From positions 6,906-70,905 of the forward strand of contig JAHDKI010000005.1 of the NCBI GenBank assembly GCA_018436925.1: a stretch of 64,000 nucleotides of DNA, written 5' to 3'. Source of the DNA: Syntrophaceae bacterium (GTDB lineage Bacteria; Desulfobacterota; Syntrophia; Syntrophales; Smithellaceae). Below are positions 1 to 8,241 of this stretch, in pieces (the stretch's first letter is position 1; the number at the start of each line of letters is the position of its first letter). Both the position numbers and the translations under genes were made by a program. The notes beneath the pieces were generated by a model that saw only the letters and a list, made by a program, of their open reading frames with translations, was not told the DNA's origin and did no database searches.

Positions 1-2138
1 TCGCGGATGCTCAAATACTTGTCGAACTCTTCGGAAAGCAGTTTGGCTTTGAGGCGGATTTCGTCTTCGGTGTACACGCTGCCGCTTAAATCGGGTCCGA
101 TTTTTTCGAGCGCCCCGGCCGCTTCGGCCAGACGGCTGAGCAAATCCGTTTTCTCCCGCAGGTCGTCGTCCGCCGCCGCGCCGTCCGTTTTGACGACGAT
201 ATCCGGCACCGCTTCTTCGACGACGTCTTCGACAAGGTCCGAATCGGCCGTTTCTCCGACGACGTCAAAATCCCCCTCCAGCGTTGCGCCGGCGGAGGCG
301 TCTTCGACCAGGTCCGGCCCGACCGGTTCTTCCACCGGTTCTTCCACCACGTCAAAATCGCCCTCCGGGGCCGCTTCGGCAAACGCCGTTTCGTCGGAAA
401 GCGGCTCAGCCTCCGGCCCGTCGGCAAGCTCCACGATGGCGTCGGCAGGCGCGTCCGGAGGGATGTCTTCGATATCCGTCTGCGCGTCAAGCGTTTCGAT
501 GTCTTCCGCTTGCGCCTGATCGTCGAGCGCGGATTCCTGCGTTTCGATATCCAGGATTTCTTCGACAAGATCCGGCGACCCCTCCGAGCCCTCTTCCAGA
601 AGCTCGACGATTTGCTCCGCATCGGCTAATTCCTCACCCGGTTCAGAGAATATCTCTGCGGCGCCTGGCACGACTTCTTCTAAAATGTCTTGGTCGATCT
701 GCGTTTCTTCTTCAGACGGCGCTTCCGCCAATGCCTCCTCCGCAAGAGGTTCGGCTTCGTCCGCAACGAGGCTTTCATCTTCAACCAAAGCGTCTTCGAC
801 GATCGCCTGGTCATCGAGTGTTTCAGCAATCGTCTCGGAAGCAGCAAGGGGCGCCTCCTCAGTTGCGGCTTCTTCGGCGGCGAAACTCTCTCCGGCATCA
901 TCCTCAATGATTTCTTCGATGATTTCCGCCTCCGACAGAGCACCTTCGGCAAAAGCGGCCAGATTTTCCGAAACATGACTCATCATCTCGCGGATGCGCG
1001 CTGCGTCTTCAGGGGAAAGCCCCGATTCCGGATCGTCGAGCGCCTGCCCGATCATTTCGCCCACGGCATCCAGAATGCGCCCGATTTTATCGCCCGTGCC
1101 CAGTGCGCCGTCTCCGAGAATGGAGGCCACGGAATCGGCAAACGCCTTTCCCTGCGGGACGGCCGTCGCGCCGCCGGTTGAAGGCGGGGCGCCGGCAAGG
1201 CGGGTCAATTCCTGAAAGAGGGATTGGATCTCGCCGGCCTGACCGGCGGGCAGCGACTCGCCCGCCGCGTCCATCGCTCCGTTGACGATGTTCTGCACGG
1301 CGGCGAGTATTTTTTCGGTTTTCCCCGCCGCATCCGACTGCTCGTCGGCCAGCACGGCGGTCATCTCGGACAGCGCCCGGCGAACGGCGTCTTTGAATTC
1401 CCGATGGGCCAGGCCTTCTTCAGCGTGCGCGACTTCCTGCGTGAGGCCCTGCAAGCCTTTGTCGAGAAATGAAACCCCGCGGCGCAGAGCGTCGGCCGGA
1501 CGGGCCGCCCCCGCGGGCTGATCCGGCCGGCCCGCCGGGCCTTCCCCGGGCGAAACACCATAGCGGCCTTCGGCCCGGGCGTGCTCCACCAGATCGGCCA
1601 GCGAAAAGCCCATCTTCCCGGACAGATCGCCCAGAAGCGTTTTGAGCCGTTCGATTTCTTCTTTGGTGTTTTCCACAACCTCGCCCGGCGCGGCCGAAGA
1701 CAAAACGTCATTCAACGACGAAAGGATGTCGCCCAGCCTTGTGGCTGTGTCGATGCCCTTTTCCTTAAAGACGTCCATGATGCCGGCAAGGGCTTTGTCT
1801 TTGGCTTCGTCGGAGAGAGTAAAGACGTTGCTGTGACCGATCACGATGCCCTGGGGATTTTTCCCTTCGGCATAGAGTTTCTTCAAATCGGCATTGACGC
1901 TGGATTTCAGCGAACTGAAATTCTTTCGCTTTTGCTTGATCAGGTCCGGATCATCGCCGGTTTCCCAGACGGTTTTGACCAGCGCTTCGGTATCGATGGC
2001 GTCGAGGGTTTCAGACGCCGAATCCAGATAATACCGGCGCAGCGCCTGAACCAGCTTCGATTTAAGCGTGGTGGCGCTTTTGTAATTGAGGTTTTGGATC
2101 GCTTCGTCAATATCCTGAAGCGAGAGAATAATCGGCAC
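1..2138 (-). CDS. large, highly acidic protein of unknown function (C-terminus runs off the window start)
   Basis: An uninterrupted reverse-strand frame runs from GTG at 2138 (GGGGAGG Shine-Dalgarno 7 nt upstream) to position 1. It is missing from the ORF track only because no stop codon lies in the window. The N-terminal ~330 aa have ordinary composition (VPIILSLQDIDEAIQNL...). The next ~380 aa are Asp/Glu/Ala-rich low complexity with repeated GDFDVV(E/G)E and LVED motifs. No family recognised. Confidence 0.7.
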   Translation of the reverse strand, partial: MPIILSLQDIDEAIQNLNYKSATTLKSKLVQALRRYYLDSASETLDAIDTEALVKTVWETGDDPDLIKQKRKNFSSLKSSVNADLKKLYAEGKNPQGIVIGHSNVFTLSDEAKDKALAGIMDVFKEKGIDTATRLGDILSSLNDVLSSAAPGEVVENTKEEIERLKTLLGDLSGKMGFSLADLVEHARAEGRYGVSPGEGPAGRPDQPAGAARPADALRRGVSFLDKGLQGLTQEVAHAEEGLAHREFKDAVRRALSEMTAVLADEQSDAAGKTEKILAAVQNIVNGAMDAAGESLPAGQAGEIQSLFQELTRLAGAPPSTGGATAVPQGKAFADSVASILGDGALGTGDKIGRILDAVGEMIGQALDDPESGLSPEDAARIREMMSHVSENLAAFAEGALSEAEIIEEIIEDDAGESFAAEEAATEEAPLAASETIAETLDDQAIVEDALVEDESLVADEAEPLAEEALAEAPSEEETQIDQDILEEVVPGAAEIFSEPGEELADAEQIVELLEEGSEGSPDLVEEILDIETQESALDDQAQAEDIETLDAQTDIEDIPPDAPADAIVELADGPEAEPLSDETAFAEAAPEGDFDVVEEPVEEPVGPDLVEDASAGATLEGDFDVVGETADSDLVEDVVEEAVPDIVVKTDGAAADDDLREKTDLLSRLAEAAGALEKIGPDLSGSVYTEDEIRLKAKLLSEEFDKYLSIR

Positions 2139-2320
2139 GGCCGGACCTCCCCAGAGCTGTCTTATCGGATATCGGTCGGTCAAAGGGATGCTTAAATCGT
2201 CCCCCGATTCATGGATTGCACAATAATCAAAAAAAGTTTAAAAAAATAGTGAAATTTTGGCCGATTGTGCCGATATAAAAAACGACGCGCCAAAACTTCG
2301 AAACGATTCCGGAGAAAACC

Positions 2321-3544
2321 ATGGATGATGCGGTAAAACAGAATTTTGTGGACCTATTCGTAAAGCATTATGAGCGCTTGACCAATTCCCGGCAGTCTGT
2401 CGGAGGGCTTGCCTTTACGATGGAAAATATTATTTGTTTCATTCTGCTGGGCGGACGCGAATTGGACATTGAGGACATATTCGGCGACGTCAGCGAAAGA
2501 TATTCGCTCGAAGAACTTCTAGCCGACGCCCGGGACGCGGGCATCCAGGAAGAAGGGGAAATCAAAAAGACGATTTCCGATCTGCTGGAGCGCAAATTCA
2601 TCCATCTGCAGCCCGACGGCAAGTTTTACGCCTATCAGGCCACCCGCGATACCGCGCGTATGCTCAACCGGATTTATCCGCGCATGGAGGGATTGAGCCT
2701 GCTGGCCTACATCGGCCAGACGCTGCAGGAAGTCGAAAGCGGCCGGATCGAGCTTGCCGCGGCCCTGTCGCGATTTGACCAGACCCTGCAGCATCACGGT
2801 CTGGCGCTGCCCAAGCCCAAGATTCCCTCGATCGCGCCGCCTCCTGCGAAGCCCGCGGCCGGGGTGAAAAAACCCGAAGAGCTCAAACCCTCAAGCCCCA
2901 GAATCATCCGGGATTATGTCGTCACGGATGCGGCGGCCAAAGCCCGCGCCAAAGACGCGGCCGCCCCGCCGAAAAAAGAAACGCCTGTCATTGAACCGGT
3001 CCGGCCGGCCGCCCCTCCCGCTTCACCTTCCGCGGAGCCTTTGCTTGAAGAGACGCCGGAGATTTCAGAGCCTTCCGCCCCGGCCGCCTACTCGGACGCC
3101 GCGCCGATTGACGTTGAAAGCCCCGCTGAAAAGACGGATCCGCCCCTGCGCGCGGTTGAAGAAACACCCGCCGAGCCGGAAACACTCGACGATGAGGCCA
3201 TCGCCGCAAAAGTGGCGGCTTTTGAAAAAGAGCTGGCGCTCGTCTGCCCGATTTGCAAAACCAATGTGCTGACGGAGAAAAAAACCGCAGCCGGAAAAAT
3301 CTTTTACACCTGCTCGTCGGAACAGTGCAATTTCATCAGTTGGGGACGACCGCACCACATCCCCTGCGCACGCTGTAAGAATCCCTTCACGGTGGAAGTC
3401 GAAGACGCACACGGGCAGATCGTTTTGAAATGCCCCCGCGCCACCTGCCAGCACCGGCAACCGCTGGCCCCGCCGCCCGGTTCTCAGACGGGAGCCGCCG
3501 TGCGCAAGGTCGTCCGGAAACGCCTGGTCCGCCGCAAGACCTGA
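2321..3544 (+). CDS. proline-rich protein with two C-terminal topoisomerase-type C4 zinc fingers
   Basis: 407-aa ORF. The C-terminus has CPICKTNVL...YTCSSEQCNFISWGRP and CARCKNPF...LKCPRATCQH, the zf-C4_Topoisom pattern. The central ~150 aa are Pro/Ala/Glu-rich linker. The N-terminal ~170 aa domain was not recognised. Confidence 0.75.
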   Translation: MDDAVKQNFVDLFVKHYERLTNSRQSVGGLAFTMENIICFILLGGRELDIEDIFGDVSERYSLEELLADARDAGIQEEGEIKKTISDLLERKFIHLQPDGKFYAYQATRDTARMLNRIYPRMEGLSLLAYIGQTLQEVESGRIELAAALSRFDQTLQHHGLALPKPKIPSIAPPPAKPAAGVKKPEELKPSSPRIIRDYVVTDAAAKARAKDAAAPPKKETPVIEPVRPAAPPASPSAEPLLEETPEISEPSAPAAYSDAAPIDVESPAEKTDPPLRAVEETPAEPETLDDEAIAAKVAAFEKELALVCPICKTNVLTEKKTAAGKIFYTCSSEQCNFISWGRPHHIPCARCKNPFTVEVEDAHGQIVLKCPRATCQHRQPLAPPPGSQTGAAVRKVVRKRLVRRKT

Positions 3545-3650
3545 CGATTTTTTCAAGGACACCCCTCTGAGCCACAGACGATCTTTGCCCTGGGTCGGTC
3601 TATTCGCCACCGGCAGTTCATCGCCCTCCGGCCTTGGCCTTCATTTAATC

Positions 3651-3679
3651 TTGACAGTCGGCCTAAACCCCCTTATGCT
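3651..3679 (+). promoter_or_regulatory. sigma70-type promoter candidate for the TctC-like gene
   Basis: TTGACA (3651-3656), 17-bp spacer, TATGCT (3674-3679), about 45 nt upstream of ATG 3723. Confidence 0.45.
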
Positions 3680-3722
3680 CCGCTTCATTCCGAAGGAAAA
3701 TACTTTTTTTTTCGAGGCGGCG

Positions 3723-4721
3723 ATGAAAACACACACTGGTTTTTTGGTCACAACGGCAATGGCGCTTTTGGGCCTCGTCATTATGCCGGCATTCACAAGC
3801 CCGGCGCTGGCCGAATTCCCTAAACGGCCGGTCACGCTTCTGGTGGGTCACGCGGCGGGCGGCAGCCTGGATCTAAGCGCCAGGGCGCTGGCCAGATCGG
3901 CGGAAAAATACCTGGGCCAGCCGATCGCGGTGGAAAATAAACCCGGCGGAACGGGCACTATCGCCCTCATCACAATGCTGTCGAGAAAGGCCGACGGCTA
4001 CACGCTGTGCGCCGCTTCGTCCTCGTCGATTTTGCGCGCGGGCCAGCTTCACGCCGTTCCGTTTAAAGCCTTCACCAGCTTCCGGCCGATTGTCGGATAT
4101 ACCGAACCGCTTTTGGGCATTGTCGTTAAAGGCGACGCCCCCTGGAAAACGCTGGCCGAGCTTGTGGCCGACATCCGCAAAAATCCCGGCAAAATCAAGT
4201 ATGCCTCACCGGGCGTCGGCAGCACGCAGCATACGACCGTCATGGCCGTGATTCTGCAGGATCGCCTGGACCTGATCCATGTTCCCTACAAGGGCAGCAT
4301 CGAAGCGGCCACGGCGGTGCTGGGCGGACACGCGGATTTTGCCGCGCTGACCTCGGAGTTCGTCCCTATGGTCCGCGCCGGCCAGATGAGGCTTCTGGCC
4401 CTGGCCAGCGAAAAGAGGCTTGGCGCGTATCCGGACGTTCCGACGATGCTTGAGCTGGGGTATGATTATTCCAATGATGCCGTGTTCGTCATCGTCGCGC
4501 CGGCCGATATCGATTCGGCCGCGGTCGCAAAAATTGATGCGGCTTTTCTCGCCGCAGCCAAGGATCCGGAATACCTCGACGCCCTCGGCCGCATCAGCAT
4601 GCTGCCGGCCTATTACGACGACAAAGCCTATGGGGTGTTCATGAGGAAGCACTGGAAGCGGATCAACGCGCAGCTCAAGGCGGCCGGATTGATCCAGGAA
4701 GCCGCCACGGCACCGGAATAA
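3723..4721 (+). CDS. Bug/TctC-family tripartite tricarboxylate transporter substrate-binding protein (orphan)
   Basis: Internal ATG 3723 gives a signal peptide (MKTHTGFLVTTAMALLGLVIMPAFTSPALA). The motifs FPKRPVTLLVGHAAGGSLDL, ENKPGGTGTIAL and YASPGVGSTQH are typical of the TctC/Bug family. No tctA/tctB genes are adjacent. Confidence 0.85.
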   Translation: MKTHTGFLVTTAMALLGLVIMPAFTSPALAEFPKRPVTLLVGHAAGGSLDLSARALARSAEKYLGQPIAVENKPGGTGTIALITMLSRKADGYTLCAASSSSILRAGQLHAVPFKAFTSFRPIVGYTEPLLGIVVKGDAPWKTLAELVADIRKNPGKIKYASPGVGSTQHTTVMAVILQDRLDLIHVPYKGSIEAATAVLGGHADFAALTSEFVPMVRAGQMRLLALASEKRLGAYPDVPTMLELGYDYSNDAVFVIVAPADIDSAAVAKIDAAFLAAAKDPEYLDALGRISMLPAYYDDKAYGVFMRKHWKRINAQLKAAGLIQEAATAPE

Positions 4722-4770
4722 TCCGGCGCCCCGCTCATTACATCATCCCGGAAAGGAATGAACACCCGTC

Positions 4771-6408
4771 ATGGCTGGAATCAAACGCTGTTTTTGGATG
4801 ATTGCGTTGATCGCTTTGTCTCTTTCCGCCTGCGATCGGGCGCCTCAGACGGAAAGCAACCCGGCGCAGGCTGAAAAGCCTCCCGCCTACGGCGATATCG
4901 TTGTGCGCGGCGATATCGGCGACGCCAGCAACCTGATTCCGATTCTGGCGTCGGACTCGGCCTCTCACGGCATCGCCGGCATGATCTACAACGGCCTGGT
5001 CAAATACGATAAGAACATGAACATCGTCGGCGATCTGGCCGAATCCTGGGACATCAGCGCAAACGGTCTGGTCATGACCTTCAAACTGCGAAAAGGCGTG
5101 CGCTGGCATGACGGCAAACCGTTTACCGCCGCTGATGTGCTCTACACCTACCGGGTCACCATCGATCCCAAAACGCCCACCGCCTACGGCGGCGATTTTC
5201 TCAAAGTCAAAAAGGCCGAGGCGCTCGACGACCATACCTTCCGCGTGACGTACGACAAACCCTTCGCGCCGGCGCTCATCAGCTGGGGAGCCGCTATTCT
5301 GCCCCGTCATCTGCTGACGGGAAAGGATATCACCCAAAGTCCGCTTTCGCGCCATCCGGTCGGCACGGGCCCCTATAAATTCAAGGAATGGGTCGCAGGC
5401 CAGAAGATTGTTCTCGTCGCCAACGAAGATTATTTTGAAGGACGGCCGTATATCGACGGCCGCATCACGAGGATCATTCCCGACACGGCAACCATGTTTC
5501 TGGAGCTGCGGGCCCGCAATATCGACATGATGGGGCTCACCCCGCTGCAGTACACCCGCCAGACGGACAGCAAGCTGTTCGAGCGGAATTTCAATAAGCA
5601 TCGCTATCTGGCTTTTGCCTACACGTACCTGGGCTACAATTTAAAAAATCCGCTCTTTGCCGACAAGCGGGTGCGGCAGGCCGTGTCGTATGCGATCAAT
5701 AAGGAAGAGATCGTAAGCGGCGTGCTTCTGGGGTTGGGGCAGCCCGCAACCGGGCCGTTCAAGCCCGGCACCTGGCCCCACAACGACCGGGTGAAAACCT
5801 ATTCTTACGACCCGGCCAAAGCCCGGAGCCTGCTTGCGGAAGCGGGATGGACGGATTCGGACCGCGACGGCGTGCTGGATCGAAACGGAAAGCCGTTCGC
5901 GTTTGAAATTCTGACCAACCAGGGCAACGAAACCCGCCAGAAATGCGCCGAGATCATTCAAAGGCAGCTTGCCGATGTCGGCATTCGCGTGAAAATCCGC
6001 ATCGTGGAATGGTCGGCGTTTGTGACGGATTTCGTCAACAAGCGCCGCTTCGAAGCGGTGATTCTGGGCTGGACGATCCCGCCGGACCCGGATGCCTACG
6101 ATGTCTGGCACTCCAGCAAAACGGCGCCTCAGGAGCTGAACTTCGTTTCCTACAGCAATCCCGAAGCCGACGAAATGCTGGAGGCGGGACGCTCCACGTT
6201 CGATCAGGCCGAGCGCAAAAAATACTACGACCGTTTTCAGGACATTCTGGCCGAAGACCAGCCCTACACCTTTTTATACGTGCCGGACGAACTGGTTATT
6301 ATTTCCAGCCGCATCCGGGGCATTGAACCCGCGCCCGCCGGCATCGGCCACAACATCATTCAATGGTATGTGCCGCAAGGCGAACAGAAATACGCCATGA
6401 CCCGCTAA
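4771..6408 (+). CDS. ABC transporter substrate-binding lipoprotein, family 5 (peptide/nickel, OppA/DppA-like), orphan
   Basis: 545 aa with a lipobox (LSLSAC). SBP_bac_5-like segments include GDLAESWDIS, KLRKGVRWHDGKPFTAADV and ILGWTIPPDPD. No permease or ATPase genes are nearby. Confidence 0.85.
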   Translation: MAGIKRCFWMIALIALSLSACDRAPQTESNPAQAEKPPAYGDIVVRGDIGDASNLIPILASDSASHGIAGMIYNGLVKYDKNMNIVGDLAESWDISANGLVMTFKLRKGVRWHDGKPFTAADVLYTYRVTIDPKTPTAYGGDFLKVKKAEALDDHTFRVTYDKPFAPALISWGAAILPRHLLTGKDITQSPLSRHPVGTGPYKFKEWVAGQKIVLVANEDYFEGRPYIDGRITRIIPDTATMFLELRARNIDMMGLTPLQYTRQTDSKLFERNFNKHRYLAFAYTYLGYNLKNPLFADKRVRQAVSYAINKEEIVSGVLLGLGQPATGPFKPGTWPHNDRVKTYSYDPAKARSLLAEAGWTDSDRDGVLDRNGKPFAFEILTNQGNETRQKCAEIIQRQLADVGIRVKIRIVEWSAFVTDFVNKRRFEAVILGWTIPPDPDAYDVWHSSKTAPQELNFVSYSNPEADEMLEAGRSTFDQAERKKYYDRFQDILAEDQPYTFLYVPDELVIISSRIRGIEPAPAGIGHNIIQWYVPQGEQKYAMTR

Positions 6409-6448
6409 TCCGTTTTTTCCCGCCTGACGCCGCCTGTAAAAAAACCCC

Positions 6449-6477
6449 TTGACATTAGAACGCGCGTTCTATATAAG
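6449..6477 (+). promoter_or_regulatory. lexA promoter (TTGACA-17-TATAAG)
   Basis: -35 TTGACA at 6449-6454 and -10 TATAAG at 6472-6477, exactly 17 bp apart, 8 nt upstream of the lexA ATG region. Confidence 0.6.
6456..6471. promoter_or_regulatory. putative LexA operator (SOS box), perfect palindrome TAGAAC-GCGC-GTTCTA
   Basis: A 16-bp perfect inverted repeat with a GAAC-N4-GTTC core fills the spacer between the -35 and -10 of the lexA promoter. This is the classic autoregulatory position. Confidence 0.65.
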
Positions 6478-6484
6478 AAGGGCC

Positions 6485-7072
6485 ATGAAAAAGACGCGCG
6501 ACATCAAATCCATCGAGCACAGCCTGGTTTCCTTTTACCGGGGCCATAAACGCATGCCCACCTACGCCGAAATGATGGACCTTTTCGAGGTGCGCTCCAA
6601 AAGTGTGGTGTCCTACTGGATCGACAAGCTCATTGAAAAAGGCGTGCTGGAAAAAGACACCCAGGGGTATCTGAAGCTTTCCGGCGTGTCGTTCGGCCTT
6701 CCACTGGTCGGAAACGTCGCCGCGGGGCTTCCCGCCTCCGCAGAAGAAAGTTCCCGCGATATGGTGTCCATGGACGACTATCTGGTTTCCCGGCCTGATG
6801 CGTCTTTTCTTCTGCGCGTCACGGGCGATTCCATGGTCGGCGCGGGCATCATGGAAGGCGATCTCGTGGTGGTCGAAAAAAACCGCGAGCCCAAAAACGG
6901 CGATATTGTCCTGGCCGAAGTCGACGGCGAGTGGACCATGAAATATTTCCGCAAGCAGGGGCGCGACGTGTTTCTGGAAGCGGCCAACCCGGCCTATCCG
7001 GCCATCCGCGCCCGCGATGAATTGAAAATCGGCGGAGTGATCGCCGCCTCCGTCCGCAAATACCTGATGTAG
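6485..7072 (+). CDS. lexA: LexA repressor
   Basis: N-terminal winged-helix region, an Ala-Gly cleavage site (GNVAAGLP), the catalytic Ser motif VTGDSMVGAGI, and a downstream Lys (GEWTMKYF). ATG 6485 is preferred over TTG 6449, which lies inside the promoter. Confidence 0.92.
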   Translation: MKKTRDIKSIEHSLVSFYRGHKRMPTYAEMMDLFEVRSKSVVSYWIDKLIEKGVLEKDTQGYLKLSGVSFGLPLVGNVAAGLPASAEESSRDMVSMDDYLVSRPDASFLLRVTGDSMVGAGIMEGDLVVVEKNREPKNGDIVLAEVDGEWTMKYFRKQGRDVFLEAANPAYPAIRARDELKIGGVIAASVRKYLM

Positions 7073-7091
7073 CCGTCATGGAGTAAGTCTT

Positions 7092-7325
7092 ATGCCAACC
7101 ACCACGACCACCTGGTTTTCCATCTTGTCCTTGCCGCTTCCCGGTAAGTCCTCCGCGCGAACCGATCGGAAAATGATCGGCGCCATGATAAAGCAAACCC
7201 GAAAAATCGACTGGAATGCGTTTCTGCCTAAGGTCGATCGGGCGATATCTCTTGCCGGCGCCGCGGCGCTGATCCTGGCGGGCCTTTATTTTGCGCCGCT
7301 TTTCGTCTCGATTCTTTCCCGATAA
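7092..7325 (+). CDS. small hypothetical membrane-anchored protein (77 aa) immediately downstream of lexA
   Basis: ATG is preceded by GGAG at an 8-nt spacing. Third codon positions are GC-rich. One C-terminal hydrophobic helix (ISLAGAAALILAGLYFAPLFVSIL). No family recognised. Confidence 0.4.
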   Translation: MPTTTTTWFSILSLPLPGKSSARTDRKMIGAMIKQTRKIDWNAFLPKVDRAISLAGAAALILAGLYFAPLFVSILSR

Positions 7326-7340
7326 CACTGTCAGCCGGTT

Positions 7341-8126
7341 ATGACCGCAAAAGACATCAGCAAGGCGTTGCGCGCGCTCGGCAGTCGGCACATCGCCGAC
7401 ACCTCGCAACGTTTTTTTAAAACCGGGCCGGGCCAGTACGGTGAAGGAGACCGGTTTCTGGGTATCCGCGTGCCGGACATTCGCTTGCGAGCGAAGGCTT
7501 TCGATCCCTTCGTTTCTCTCTCCGAAACGCTGCGCCTGCTGCACTCGCCTTTCCATGAGGAACGTCTCTGCGCCCTTCTGATCCTGGTGCGAAAGTATGA
7601 AAAAGGCCGGCCGGAGGAACAACAAGCCATCTTTGAGGCTTACTTGGAAAATACGTCCGCCGTGAATAATTGGGATCTGGTGGACCTGTCGGCCTCTCAT
7701 ATTGTCGGCGCGCATCTGTTAAACCGCAGCGCAAAAGACCTGCGCCGCCTGGCGCAATCGAACAACCTCTGGGAGCGGCGCATTGCCGTTGTGGCAACCT
7801 ATGCTTTCATCAAAAACCGCCGGTATGATGAAATCCTCGCCATTGCCAGGCGGCTGATGAACGACCCGGAAGACCTGATCCATAAAGCCGCCGGCTGGAT
7901 GCTGCGGGAAGCGGGCAAACGGGATGTCGCAATCCTGCGCGCTTTTCTGCAAGAGCACGCCCGAAGCATGCCCCGGACCATGCTTCGCTACGCCATTGAA
8001 AAATTTCCGGATGAAGAGCGCAAACGGTATCTGGCTATGAAATCGTCGGTTGCGCGGCGAGTATCCGGTTTACAGGCCGAACGAACAGACCTGCGTCCAG
8101 CGCGGGGAAAAGAACGAAAGGACTGA
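7341..8126 (+). CDS. DNA alkylation repair protein (AlkD-like HEAT-repeat family)
   Basis: The motifs FFKTGPGQYGEGDRFLGIRVPDIR, NNWDLVDLSA, LWERRIAVVAT and HKAAGWMLRE match the DNA_alkylation (AlkD/AlkC-like) family. Confidence 0.8.
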   Translation: MTAKDISKALRALGSRHIADTSQRFFKTGPGQYGEGDRFLGIRVPDIRLRAKAFDPFVSLSETLRLLHSPFHEERLCALLILVRKYEKGRPEEQQAIFEAYLENTSAVNNWDLVDLSASHIVGAHLLNRSAKDLRRLAQSNNLWERRIAVVATYAFIKNRRYDEILAIARRLMNDPEDLIHKAAGWMLREAGKRDVAILRAFLQEHARSMPRTMLRYAIEKFPDEERKRYLAMKSSVARRVSGLQAERTDLRPARGKERKD

Positions 8127-8150
8127 TGCGGAAAGGAAAGGCTTTTTGCC

Positions 8151-8180
8151 TTGACACCGGCAGGCTCGGATCGGTATAGT
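8151..8180 (+). promoter_or_regulatory. sigma70-type promoter candidate for the lipoprotein gene
   Basis: TTGACA (8151-8156), 18-bp spacer, TATAGT (8175-8180). Confidence 0.45.
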
Positions 8181-8241
8181 TTTCGCGCTTATCCGACGCC
8201 CGCTTCCGGGCGCCAGTTTCTTTCAAGGAGGTCCGTACGAT

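Noticed and set aside
7-2195. Plus-strand ORFs 7-519, 284-910, 690-1181 and 1581-2195, and minus-strand ORFs 86-622, 680-976 and 1361-1711
   Set aside because: All are Ser/Arg/Pro-rich out-of-frame shadows of the long reverse-strand acidic-protein gene. That gene occupies the only frame with no stop across 1-2138.
2258-2270. TGGCCGATTGTGC, a sigma54-like -24/-12 element upstream of the zinc-finger gene
   Set aside because: The GG-to-GC spacing is 2 nt too short relative to TGGCAC-N5-TTGC. TGGCACGTTGCC at 61811-61822 likewise lacks a correctly spaced TTGC.
3585-3722. Long 5' extensions of ORF-track entries
   Set aside because: Internal starts give proper signal peptides or canonical N-termini and have Shine-Dalgarno sequences. 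The extensions overlap promoters or upstream genes. The affected entries are:
- 3585
- 6449
- 11977
- 12005(-)
- 24230(-)
- 28423
- 30943(-)
- 36109(-)
- 43574(-)
- 48362
- 50505(-)
- 51097
- 53325(-)
- 54460(-)
- 55547(-)
- 55645
- 57176
- 61816(-)
- 62005
- 62852
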